Assembly (NCBI GenBank): GCA_002697535.1
Contig: NZWE01000016.1
Location: forward strand, 77,184-82,769
Reading direction: 5' to 3'
Length of the DNA: 5,586 nucleotides
Origin: Actinomycetota bacterium
GTDB lineage: Bacteria > Margulisbacteria > Marinamargulisbacteria > GCA-2716485 > GCA-002719695
This document shows, one piece after another, positions 1 to 5,586 of this stretch (position 1 is the first letter of the stretch; the number at the start of each line of letters is the position of its first letter). Under the pieces are notes generated by a model. That model was not told the origin of the DNA and made no database searches. It saw nothing but the letters and a program-made list of their open reading frames with translations. Made by a program: the position numbers and the translations under genes.

Positions 1-506
1 GCAATACGTCTATCATAACCATAAAGTCCTGCACAACGAAGAATCGTAACATCAACATCCATCAACGCCAATAAATAACGCTCAACATCATATAAAACAC
101 GTTGCCTTTCAGAGTTAATAATAATCTCATCATCTTCCGAAACAAATGAATTAGTCAAAGAATAAACAGAGGTAGAGGAGGTGAAAATAATCCACTTGTT
201 TTCAGAATTCAAGTCACAATAACGATTTACAAGTCCTTTAATTTGATCCAAATAAATAGTTGGGTCTAAAAAACGTCGCCGAAACGGTAAGGTAAGAATC
301 AAAATAGGCGATAAAAAAACATCATCAGACTCCATCAAAACATCACCTTTGTCTGAAACTGTAAGTAATGAAGTCGTAATACCTAAATCATTCAAAATAC
401 CTAACTGTTCTTGGCGAGTGGTTGTTCCAAAAACACGAACACCATTCTGCTGTAAAAAAGTAGCAATATGAGTTCCTAACCAACCACATCCTACAATACT
501 AATCAT
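1..506 (-). CDS. NAD(P)-binding Rossmann-fold protein, YeeZ-like (atypical SDR / epimerase-dehydratase superfamily). N-terminal 168 codons only; the 3' end runs off the window start.
   Basis: Hand translation of the minus strand from ATG at 506..504 is open to base 3 with no stop: MISIVGCGWLGTHIATFLQQNGVRVFGTTTRQEQLGILNDLGITTSLLTVSDKGDVLMESDDVFLSPILILTLPFRRRFLDPTIYLDQIKGLVNRYCDLNSENKWIIFTSSTSVYSLTNSFVSEDDEIIINSERQRVLYDVERYLLALMDVDVTILRCAGLYGYDRRI... The GxGxxG dinucleotide-binding motif (GCGWLG) sits at residues 6-11, as expected for an N-terminal beta-alpha-beta fold. From memory, blocks IVGxGWLG, (I/L)TLPxRR, IIFTSSTSVY and ILRxAGLxG are collinear with E. coli YeeZ and similar 'NAD(P)-binding domain' proteins. 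Not in the supplied ORF track because it is edge-truncated. The product family rests on recalled similarity, not a search. Confidence 0.7.
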   Translation of the reverse strand, partial: MISIVGCGWLGTHIATFLQQNGVRVFGTTTRQEQLGILNDLGITTSLLTVSDKGDVLMESDDVFLSPILILTLPFRRRFLDPTIYLDQIKGLVNRYCDLNSENKWIIFTSSTSVYSLTNSFVSEDDEIIINSERQRVLYDVERYLLALMDVDVTILRCAGLYGYDRRI

Positions 507-2452
507 ACTTTTGATACAAAAGCTGTTTCCTTAATAGTACGATACTGATCTAAGACCTTTGCATCATGTAAAGACGAAACATTAATCTTTTCTTCTTGAT
601 GAGTAAAAATATACTTAACAGCCAATTCAACCTTTTTGCCATTTTTTGTATAAGGAATAGCCGATACTTGAAATATATGATTAGGACAATGACGAGGCGA
701 TAATTTCTCTTTTATTAAGTGTTTTAAACCATGTTTTAAATCAGTAGAAAAATCAACACCATGGTCCGCTAAAACAAATAAAATCATACTATCAGTTTCA
801 TCAATATGAATAACAAGAGAATCCTGAATATAAGATTGAGATTCTATTAACCGATAAATTTCAGCCGTTCCAATCCGTATACCAGCACGATTTAAGGTTG
901 CATCACTACGACCTAAAATCTTAACACCACCTTGTTCAGTAACAAGAACAAAATCAGAATGATTCCATATATTTTGATATTTATTAAAATAACTATTTTT
1001 ATACACCGTAAAATCATCATCATTCCACATATAAATAGGCATAGAAGGCACTGGTTTTTCACAAACTAATTCACCTTCAGAATTAATAACAGAATTACCA
1101 AATTCATCATAGGCTTTAACAGGAAAGCCCAAACTAATCGATTGTAACTCACCTCGAACAACAGGAAGCATGGGATTACCTAAAGCAAAACAACCCACAA
1201 TATCAGTGCCACCAGAAATAGAAGCTAATTGAACATTTGATTTTACATGTTGATACACATAATCAAAATCTTCTTCATAAAGAGGCGATCCAGTAGAAAG
1301 AATAACCCGTAAAGAAGATAAATCAAGTTCTTCTGAAACAGGTAAATTAAACTTCAAAGAAGCATTAATATATTTAGCTGAGGTACCATAAATCGTAATC
1401 TTATACTCATCAATCAATTTCCAAGTCGCTAATTTATCTGGGTAATAAGGGGCTCCATCAAAAACAACTAACGTAGACCCAGTAGCTAAGCCACTAACCA
1501 ACCAATTCCACATCATCCAACTACAACTCGTATAATAAAAGAAAACATCCTCACGCGTTAAATTACAATGCAATCGCTGTTCCTTAATATGTTCAATCAA
1601 AACACCTCCAACCGAATGTGTTATAGACTTTGGTTTTCCTGTAGTACCAGAAGAGTAAAGAATATAAAGAGGATCATTAAAAGCAACTGCCTCAAATACT
1701 ATATCGTTCGGGGAGTATACATTAAAAATATCAGAATAAAGTGTCGTATCCTCATACTCAGTTGAGAGGGATTCTCTATCCAGTAAAACAAGTGAACGAG
1801 CACTAGTTAAAGATTGAATAACAGCTTGTATTTTATCCTGAATAGAAAAGGTTTTTCCTTTATAGCGATAACAATCCACATATAATAAACATTTAGGAGA
1901 TACTTGATTAAAACGACTAAGGATAGCTTCCTCGCCAAAGTCAGGAGATACGGATGTCCAAACAGCTCCAATAGCTGCAACCGCTAAGAAAAACACCATT
2001 GTCTCTTCACAGTTTGTAACAACAGCCGCAACTCGATCACCTTTAACAATACCTCTGTCACGTAAAAACTGAACACAGCAAGAAACTTTTTCGGTTAATT
2101 CCTTGTATGAACTACGATTAATTTCTCCTGATTCATTTACATTAATAATGGCATCATGAGAATCAGAAAATTTTAAACAATTCTCAGCATAATTTATCTC
2201 AACACCTTCAAACCACTTTACACCAGGCATAACATCACTAGACATAACCTTAGAATAACTACCTTTAAAAATAAGTTCCGAATACGAAAAGAAGTAATCC
2301 CAAAATTGTTCAGAATGTTCACAAGCCCAAGAATGTAACTCTTGATAAGTAGTTAATGAAACATTATACCGATTTGATATCGACTGCATAAATTGAGCCA
2401 TTTGACTTTCAAGTTGTTCTTCTTCAGTAGGTCTCCATAAGATATTAGACAC
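503..2452 (-). CDS. aacS: Acetoacetyl-CoA synthetase (acetoacetate--CoA ligase, EC 6.2.1.16), AMP-forming acyl-CoA synthetase superfamily
   Basis: 649-aa ORF from the track. AMP-binding signature YSSGTTGKPKSITHSVGG. AacS-type block YYTSCSWMMWNWLVSGL (the family's TTcGWMMWNW, which differs from the acetyl-CoA synthetase equivalent). Also SGGTDI, GRSDATLNRAGIRIGTAEIY, and C-terminal A10-like PYTKNGKKVELAVK with the catalytic Lys. The N-terminus MSNILWRPTEEE fits the family's typical 'LW.P' start. The start is GTG (2452..2450), the first start codon after an in-frame stop at 2476..2474, with AAGGAG 6 nt upstream. Stop is TGA at 505..503. Confidence 0.93.
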   Translation of the reverse strand: MSNILWRPTEEEQLESQMAQFMQSISNRYNVSLTTYQELHSWACEHSEQFWDYFFSYSELIFKGSYSKVMSSDVMPGVKWFEGVEINYAENCLKFSDSHDAIINVNESGEINRSSYKELTEKVSCCVQFLRDRGIVKGDRVAAVVTNCEETMVFFLAVAAIGAVWTSVSPDFGEEAILSRFNQVSPKCLLYVDCYRYKGKTFSIQDKIQAVIQSLTSARSLVLLDRESLSTEYEDTTLYSDIFNVYSPNDIVFEAVAFNDPLYILYSSGTTGKPKSITHSVGGVLIEHIKEQRLHCNLTREDVFFYYTSCSWMMWNWLVSGLATGSTLVVFDGAPYYPDKLATWKLIDEYKITIYGTSAKYINASLKFNLPVSEELDLSSLRVILSTGSPLYEEDFDYVYQHVKSNVQLASISGGTDIVGCFALGNPMLPVVRGELQSISLGFPVKAYDEFGNSVINSEGELVCEKPVPSMPIYMWNDDDFTVYKNSYFNKYQNIWNHSDFVLVTEQGGVKILGRSDATLNRAGIRIGTAEIYRLIESQSYIQDSLVIHIDETDSMILFVLADHGVDFSTDLKHGLKHLIKEKLSPRHCPNHIFQVSAIPYTKNGKKVELAVKYIFTHQEEKINVSSLHDAKVLDQYRTIKETAFVSKV

Positions 2453-2458
2453 ATAAAA

Positions 2459-2464
2459 CTCCTT
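2459..2464 (-). promoter_or_regulatory. Shine-Dalgarno site for aacS (AAGGAG, 6-nt spacer to GTG)
   Basis: Plus-strand ctcctt at 2459..2464 is AAGGAG on the minus strand. It is followed by ttttat and then GTG at 2452. Confidence 0.75.
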
Positions 2465-2488
2465 AAGTATTAATTAAAAATTAAAAAT

Positions 2489-2516
2489 ATTATATCAAAA
2501 TTAAGAAACAATACAA
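2489..2516 (-). promoter_or_regulatory. Candidate sigma70-type promoter for aacS: TTGTAT - 16 nt - TATAAT
   Basis: Minus-strand TATAAT is plus attata at 2489..2494. Minus-strand TTGTAT is plus atacaa at 2511..2516. The spacer 2495..2510 is 16 nt, and the -10 lies about 37 nt upstream of the GTG. In DNA this AT-rich such hexamers occur often by chance, so this is only a candidate. Confidence 0.3.
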
Positions 2517-2596
2517 AAACAAGTTTAATCCCAATGCTAAAATTACGTAATATAAAAACTACAAACAAACTAATTTATAAGATAAGCTTAAAAAAC

Positions 2597-2614
2597 ATTT
2601 AATATATATTAAAT
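2597..2614. repeat. 18-bp perfect palindrome ATTTAATATATATTAAAT (candidate operator)
   Basis: Checked base by base: 2597..2614 equals its own reverse complement, and symmetry breaks at 2596 (c) versus 2615 (a). It ends immediately before the TATAAT at 2616..2621 and lies about 50 bp upstream of the thiolase ATG. The symmetry itself is certain; the confidence value refers to a regulatory role. Confidence 0.3.
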
Positions 2615-2651
2615 ATATAATAGTATTAAAATTCCATAAACATTTAAATAA

Positions 2652-2656
2652 AAGGA
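2652..2656 (+). promoter_or_regulatory. Shine-Dalgarno site for the thiolase gene (AAGGA, 7-nt spacer)
   Basis: aaAAGGAaactaaaATG: AAGGA at 2652..2656 and ATG at 2664. Confidence 0.65.
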
Positions 2657-2663
2657 AACTAAA

Positions 2664-3848
2664 ATGTCAAAAAAGGTATTTATTACCGATTCAAAACGTA
2701 CCGCTATTACAAACTTTGGAGGAACTCTAAGAGATCTTTCCCCTGTAGAAATAGGTGTTCAATGTTTAGAGAAAATCTTAATAGATACACCCGAATTAAA
2801 AAGCAAAACCGATATGGTTGTTATAGGAAACGTTTTATCAGCAGGACACGGACAAAATATAGCAAGGCAAGTAGCCATAAAAGCTGGAATAAACCAAGAA
2901 ATACCAGCATTTACCATTAATCATGTATGTGGATCTAGTATGCAAGCAATTATTACTGGAATGAATTATATTCAAGCAGGAAATGCCGATATCGTCATTG
3001 CGGGTGGGACAGAATCCATGTCATCAGCCGCTTTTGCAATGCCAAATTATCGATGGGAAAACAAAATGGGGCATAGCTTACTAATCGATACGATGATACA
3101 TGATGGATTATGGGATGCCTTTAATGATATCCATATGGGCGTAACAGCTGAAAACATAGCAAAACAATGGAAGATTACAAGAGACCAACAAGATGAATTT
3201 GCCTTTAAAAGTCAACAAAAAGCAAGTAAAGCACAAAAAAGTGGACTTTTTAAAGATGAAATCATCCCCATTACAATAAAAACAAAAAAAGAAACTAAAC
3301 TCATAGAAGATGATGAATTTATCCGACATGACATCAGCATAGAAAAACTTAAAAAATTAAAACCAGCCTTTAATAAAGAAGGAACGGTTACAGCTGGCAA
3401 TGCATCCGGACTCAATGATGGCGCATGTTTTGTAGTATTAATGAGTGAAGAAAAAGCAAAGGAATTAAATCAAAAAACAAAGATAAGAATTCATGAAGCC
3501 AATATGATTGGCAATGATCCAAAAATTATGGGAGTAGCTCCCACTGAAGCTATTACAAAATTACTAAAGAAAACAAATCATACTGTTAATGATATTGATT
3601 GTTTTGAAATCAATGAAGCATTTGCAGCACAATCAATAGCAATACAAAACACATTAAATATTCCAGAAGAAAAACTAAATATAAATGGAGGCGCTATAGC
3701 ATTAGGGCATCCCATTGGAGCATCTGGAGCTCGTATTACAACAACATTAGTTCACGAAATGATACGTGAAAAATTGGGAACTGGTATAGCCTCCTTATGT
3801 ATTGGAGGAGGCCAAGCTATCAGCTTAATGTTAAAACAAGAAAAATAA
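2664..3848 (+). CDS. Acetyl-CoA C-acetyltransferase (acetoacetyl-CoA thiolase, type II thiolase; AtoB/PhaA/Thl family, EC 2.3.1.9)
   Basis: 394-aa ORF from the track. Acyl-enzyme cysteine in NHVCGSSMQA (Cys89). NEAFAAQ block. Catalytic His in GGAIALGHPIGASGAR (His349). Second catalytic Cys in SLCIGGGQAISL (Cys379). GTVTAGNASGLNDGA block also present. Length and full collinearity are typical of short-chain biosynthetic/degradative thiolases. Stop is TAA at 3846..3848. Confidence 0.95.
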   Translation: MSKKVFITDSKRTAITNFGGTLRDLSPVEIGVQCLEKILIDTPELKSKTDMVVIGNVLSAGHGQNIARQVAIKAGINQEIPAFTINHVCGSSMQAIITGMNYIQAGNADIVIAGGTESMSSAAFAMPNYRWENKMGHSLLIDTMIHDGLWDAFNDIHMGVTAENIAKQWKITRDQQDEFAFKSQQKASKAQKSGLFKDEIIPITIKTKKETKLIEDDEFIRHDISIEKLKKLKPAFNKEGTVTAGNASGLNDGACFVVLMSEEKAKELNQKTKIRIHEANMIGNDPKIMGVAPTEAITKLLKKTNHTVNDIDCFEINEAFAAQSIAIQNTLNIPEEKLNINGGAIALGHPIGASGARITTTLVHEMIREKLGTGIASLCIGGGQAISLMLKQEK

Positions 3849-3852
3849 GGAG
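3847..3852 (+). promoter_or_regulatory. Shine-Dalgarno site for glnN (AAGGAG, 8-nt spacer), overlapping the thiolase stop codon
   Basis: tAAGGAGaatttagaATG: AAGGAG at 3847..3852 and ATG at 3861. The thiolase TAA is at 3846..3848. Confidence 0.75.
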
Positions 3853-3860
3853 AATTTAGA

Positions 3861-5586
3861 ATGGGAAAAATTGTTTCAAATTATGGAAATTTAGTTTTTA
3901 CAAAAAAAGAAATGAAACAAAGGCTAAACCCCAAAACATACGAAGAGTTTATGGACACCATAAACAATGGATCATCACTAAATGAAGCAATTGCAGAAGA
4001 TATTGCAAGAGCCATCAAAGAATGGTCATTAGAAAACGGAGCAACCCATTTTACACATTGGTTTCAACCACAACGAAATGGAACAGCTGAAAAGCATGAT
4101 GCCTTTTTAGACTATAATGAACATGGCGACATTATTGAAACCTTTAATGCCAAACAATTAATACAATCTGAACCTGATGCATCTTCCTTTCCTTCTGGAG
4201 GAATTCGTTCAACATTTGAAGCCAGAGGTTACACAGCGTGGGACCCAACATCTCCCGTATTTTTAAGAGAAAACAAAAATTCTAAATCATTAATCATTCC
4301 TTCAATTTATCTATCATGGACAGGGGAAGCCTTAGACATGAAAACCCCACTAAATCGATCAACACATACATTAAATGACTATGCCATTAAATTACAAAAG
4401 TTATTAGGAAATAGACAAGCACGTCGAATCAAAGTATTTTCAGGGTTAGAACAAGAATATTTTTTAATTCCAATCGAAAAAGCAAGTAAACGACTTGATT
4501 TACAAATTTGTGGCCGTACTATTTTTGGAACATCTGCCTCAAAAGGACAGATAATGGAAGATCACTATTTTGGTGCCATTCAACCAAGAGCAATGGAATT
4601 TATGAATCATTTAGACCAAGAGTTATATCGATATGGCATTCCTATTAAAACAAAGCATAACGAAGTGGCTCCAAATCAATTTGAATTAGCACCATTATAT
4701 GAAGAAATTAATTTAGCAATCGACCATAACTTACTTACGATGGAAATTATGAGACGAATTGGTCAAGAACATAACTTCTTAGTGTTATTTCACGAGAAAC
4801 CTTTTGCTGATGTAAATGGATCCGGAAAACACATGAATTGGTCTATTGGTGATAATACAGGAACAAACTATTTAGAACCATCACGATCTCCATTAAAAAA
4901 TATATCCTTTTTGATGACACTATCAGCCGTATTATTAGGTGTAAAAGAACATGCCGGATTACTACGAGCTGCAATTTCAGATGCAGGTAATGAATATCGA
5001 TTAGGAGCGAACGAAGCCCCTCCCGCCATTCTATCCGTTTACTTAGGAAGTTATCTAACTGATTTATTAGATCATATTGAAGGTGTTAAGAAATTTACAG
5101 ACAAAGAAATCCATTATATAAATCACGGTTTAGAATCAATGCCAAGAGTAGTAAAAGACTATTCAGATCGAAATAGAACATCACCAATAGCATTTACTGG
5201 AAACAAATTTGAATTAAGAGCTCTAGGAGCATCAGCCAATGGAGCAGCCGCTGCAAAAGTTTTAAATATGTTATGTACCTATGGGTACAAAGTTATTATT
5301 GAACGATTAAATACAAAAAAAGATATCAAGAAGCAAGCGTATCAGCTTATCAAAGAAATATTAATTGAAACAAAAGAAGTTCGATTTGAAGGAAATAATT
5401 ATTCAAAAGAATGGCATAAAGAAGCAACAAAAAGAAAATTATTTCAAACAGATACAACACCCGAAGCCATTAACTATGAATCAAAGAAAAAAAGTATCGA
5501 GTTATATGAATCGCTAAATATATTAACAAAAAGAGAAATTGAATCTAGAGTTGATATTAAACTAGATGCATTTAGCAATACAAAAA
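3861..5586 (+). CDS. glnN: Glutamine synthetase type III (GlnN, EC 6.3.1.2). N-terminal 575 codons; the 3' end runs off the window.
   Basis: Hand translation from ATG 3861 has no stop through 5585: MGKIVSNYGNLVFTKKEMKQRLNPKTYEEFMDTINNGSSLNEAIAEDIARAIKEWSLENGATHFTHWFQPQRNGTAEKHDAF... Blocks typical of type III GS, from my recollection of Bacteroides fragilis GlnN: THFTHWFQP..GTAEKHD, LIQSEPDASSFPSGGIRSTFEARGYTAWD, GLEQEYFL, HNEVAPNQFELAP, LFHEKPFADVNGSGKHMNWS, RLGANEAPPAILSVYLG, DRNRTSPIAFTGNKFELRALGASAN. Type III enzymes are roughly 700-730 aa, so about 150 residues are missing. Not in the supplied ORF track because there is no stop in the window. Confidence 0.92.
   Translation, partial: MGKIVSNYGNLVFTKKEMKQRLNPKTYEEFMDTINNGSSLNEAIAEDIARAIKEWSLENGATHFTHWFQPQRNGTAEKHDAFLDYNEHGDIIETFNAKQLIQSEPDASSFPSGGIRSTFEARGYTAWDPTSPVFLRENKNSKSLIIPSIYLSWTGEALDMKTPLNRSTHTLNDYAIKLQKLLGNRQARRIKVFSGLEQEYFLIPIEKASKRLDLQICGRTIFGTSASKGQIMEDHYFGAIQPRAMEFMNHLDQELYRYGIPIKTKHNEVAPNQFELAPLYEEINLAIDHNLLTMEIMRRIGQEHNFLVLFHEKPFADVNGSGKHMNWSIGDNTGTNYLEPSRSPLKNISFLMTLSAVLLGVKEHAGLLRAAISDAGNEYRLGANEAPPAILSVYLGSYLTDLLDHIEGVKKFTDKEIHYINHGLESMPRVVKDYSDRNRTSPIAFTGNKFELRALGASANGAAAAKVLNMLCTYGYKVIIERLNTKKDIKKQAYQLIKEILIETKEVRFEGNNYSKEWHKEATKRKLFQTDTTPEAINYESKKKSIELYESLNILTKREIESRVDIKLDAFSNTK

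Larger units (their letters stand above)
2453..2663. promoter_or_regulatory. Divergent intergenic control region between aacS (-) and thiolase (+)
   Basis: 211 bp of non-coding, extremely AT-rich sequence between two 5' ends that face away from each other, so it must carry promoters for both. It contains both ribosome-binding sites, a plus-strand TATAAT at 2616..2621 (no good -35 at 17 +/- 1 nt), the minus-strand TTGTAT/TATAAT pair, an 18-bp perfect palindrome, and a 10-bp direct repeat. Confidence 0.6.

Noticed and set aside
503-505. Possibility of an alternative genetic code (TGA = Trp), given the extreme AT-richness
   Set aside because: TGA at 505..503 terminates AacS at the family-typical length, exactly where the next gene starts. 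Every Trp I translated is TGG. Standard bacterial code 11 fits.
1568-1765. 65-aa plus-strand ORF from the track
   Set aside because: It lies entirely antisense to the best-conserved core of aacS (opposite the YSSGTTGKPK region). The peptide is low-complexity and R/K/I/N-rich with no recognisable motif, and there is no Shine-Dalgarno. It is a typical shadow ORF in AT-rich DNA.
2496-2503. Bacteroidota-type -7 promoter element TAnnTTTG (minus-strand TAATTTTG), about 44 nt upstream of the aacS GTG
   Set aside because: The motif matches, but I find no TTTG -33 element at the expected spacing of about 19-21 bp. The nearest candidates are TTTG at a 10-bp gap and CTTG at a 16-bp gap. It also competes with an equally plausible sigma70-like TTGTAT-16-TATAAT. 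It is too weak to call or to use as taxonomic evidence.
2534-2602. 22-codon ORF in the intergenic region (MLKLRNIKTTNKLIYKISLKNI*), considered as a leader peptide or small protein
   Set aside because: No Shine-Dalgarno upstream (acaagtttaatcccaATG). The composition simply reflects A/T-rich DNA. No attenuator-like hairpins follow. Chance ORFs of this length are expected.
2453-2663. Gene-orientation switch plus an extremely AT-rich spacer, considered as a replication origin
   Set aside because: There are no DnaA-box-like 9-mers (TTATCCACA or its complement) in the spacer and no dnaA/dnaN or other origin-linked genes nearby. A divergent promoter region explains the features fully.
3229-3300. 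Homopolymeric A runs inside the thiolase gene (e.g. acaaaaaaagt, aaaaacaaaaaaagaaac), considered as frameshift or phase-variation sites
   Set aside because: The reading frame is intact through them, and the encoded Lys-rich loop aligns with the normal thiolase architecture. Such runs are expected from Lys (AAA) codon usage in an AT-rich genome.
3108-3415. Two overlapping minus-strand ORFs from the track (3108..3329, 73 aa; 3212..3415, 67 aa)
   Set aside because: Both are antisense inside the thiolase gene and overlap each other in different frames. Their F/C/L/S-rich sequences mirror the Lys/Glu-rich thiolase segment. There is no ribosome-binding site or recognisable domain.
1-5586. Search for defence systems, toxin-antitoxin pairs, transposase/integrase genes, inverted terminal repeats, CRISPR repeats, tRNA/rRNA or riboswitch-like structure
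   Set aside because: All long ORFs are accounted for by four recognisable metabolic enzymes. The only non-coding stretches are the 211-bp divergent spacer and a 12-bp gap. I saw no periodic repeats, no GC-rich structured segments and no long inverted repeats.

Overview
AT-rich bacterial window using the standard genetic code: TGA and TAA act as stops, Trp is TGG, and AAGGAG-type Shine-Dalgarno sites precede the starts. It holds four closely packed genes of ordinary central metabolism. I see no RNA gene, CRISPR array, mobile element, long repeat or defence-type gene. Minus strand: acetoacetyl-CoA synthetase (503..2452, GTG start). Its TGA overlaps, as ATGA, the ATG of a YeeZ-like NAD(P)-binding Rossmann protein (506..1), which is cut by the window edge and absent from the supplied ORF track. 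Plus strand, diverging from a 211-bp very AT-rich intergenic region (2453..2663): acetyl-CoA C-acetyltransferase/thiolase (2664..3848). Twelve bp later comes type III glutamine synthetase GlnN (3861..>5586). I translated it by hand and it is open for 575 codons to the window end; it is also absent from the ORF track, presumably because it has no stop in the window. The three short track ORFs (1568..1765+, 3108..3329-, 3212..3415-) are antisense shadows inside well-supported genes. I do not find a convincing novel system here; this looks like a core carbon/nitrogen metabolism locus. There are three modest leads. (a) An uncharacterised Rossmann protein is translationally coupled to aacS. (b) An 18-bp perfect palindrome and a repeated 10-mer sit in the divergent control region, with no regulator gene in view. 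(c) A type III glutamine synthetase is apparently co-transcribed with a thiolase.
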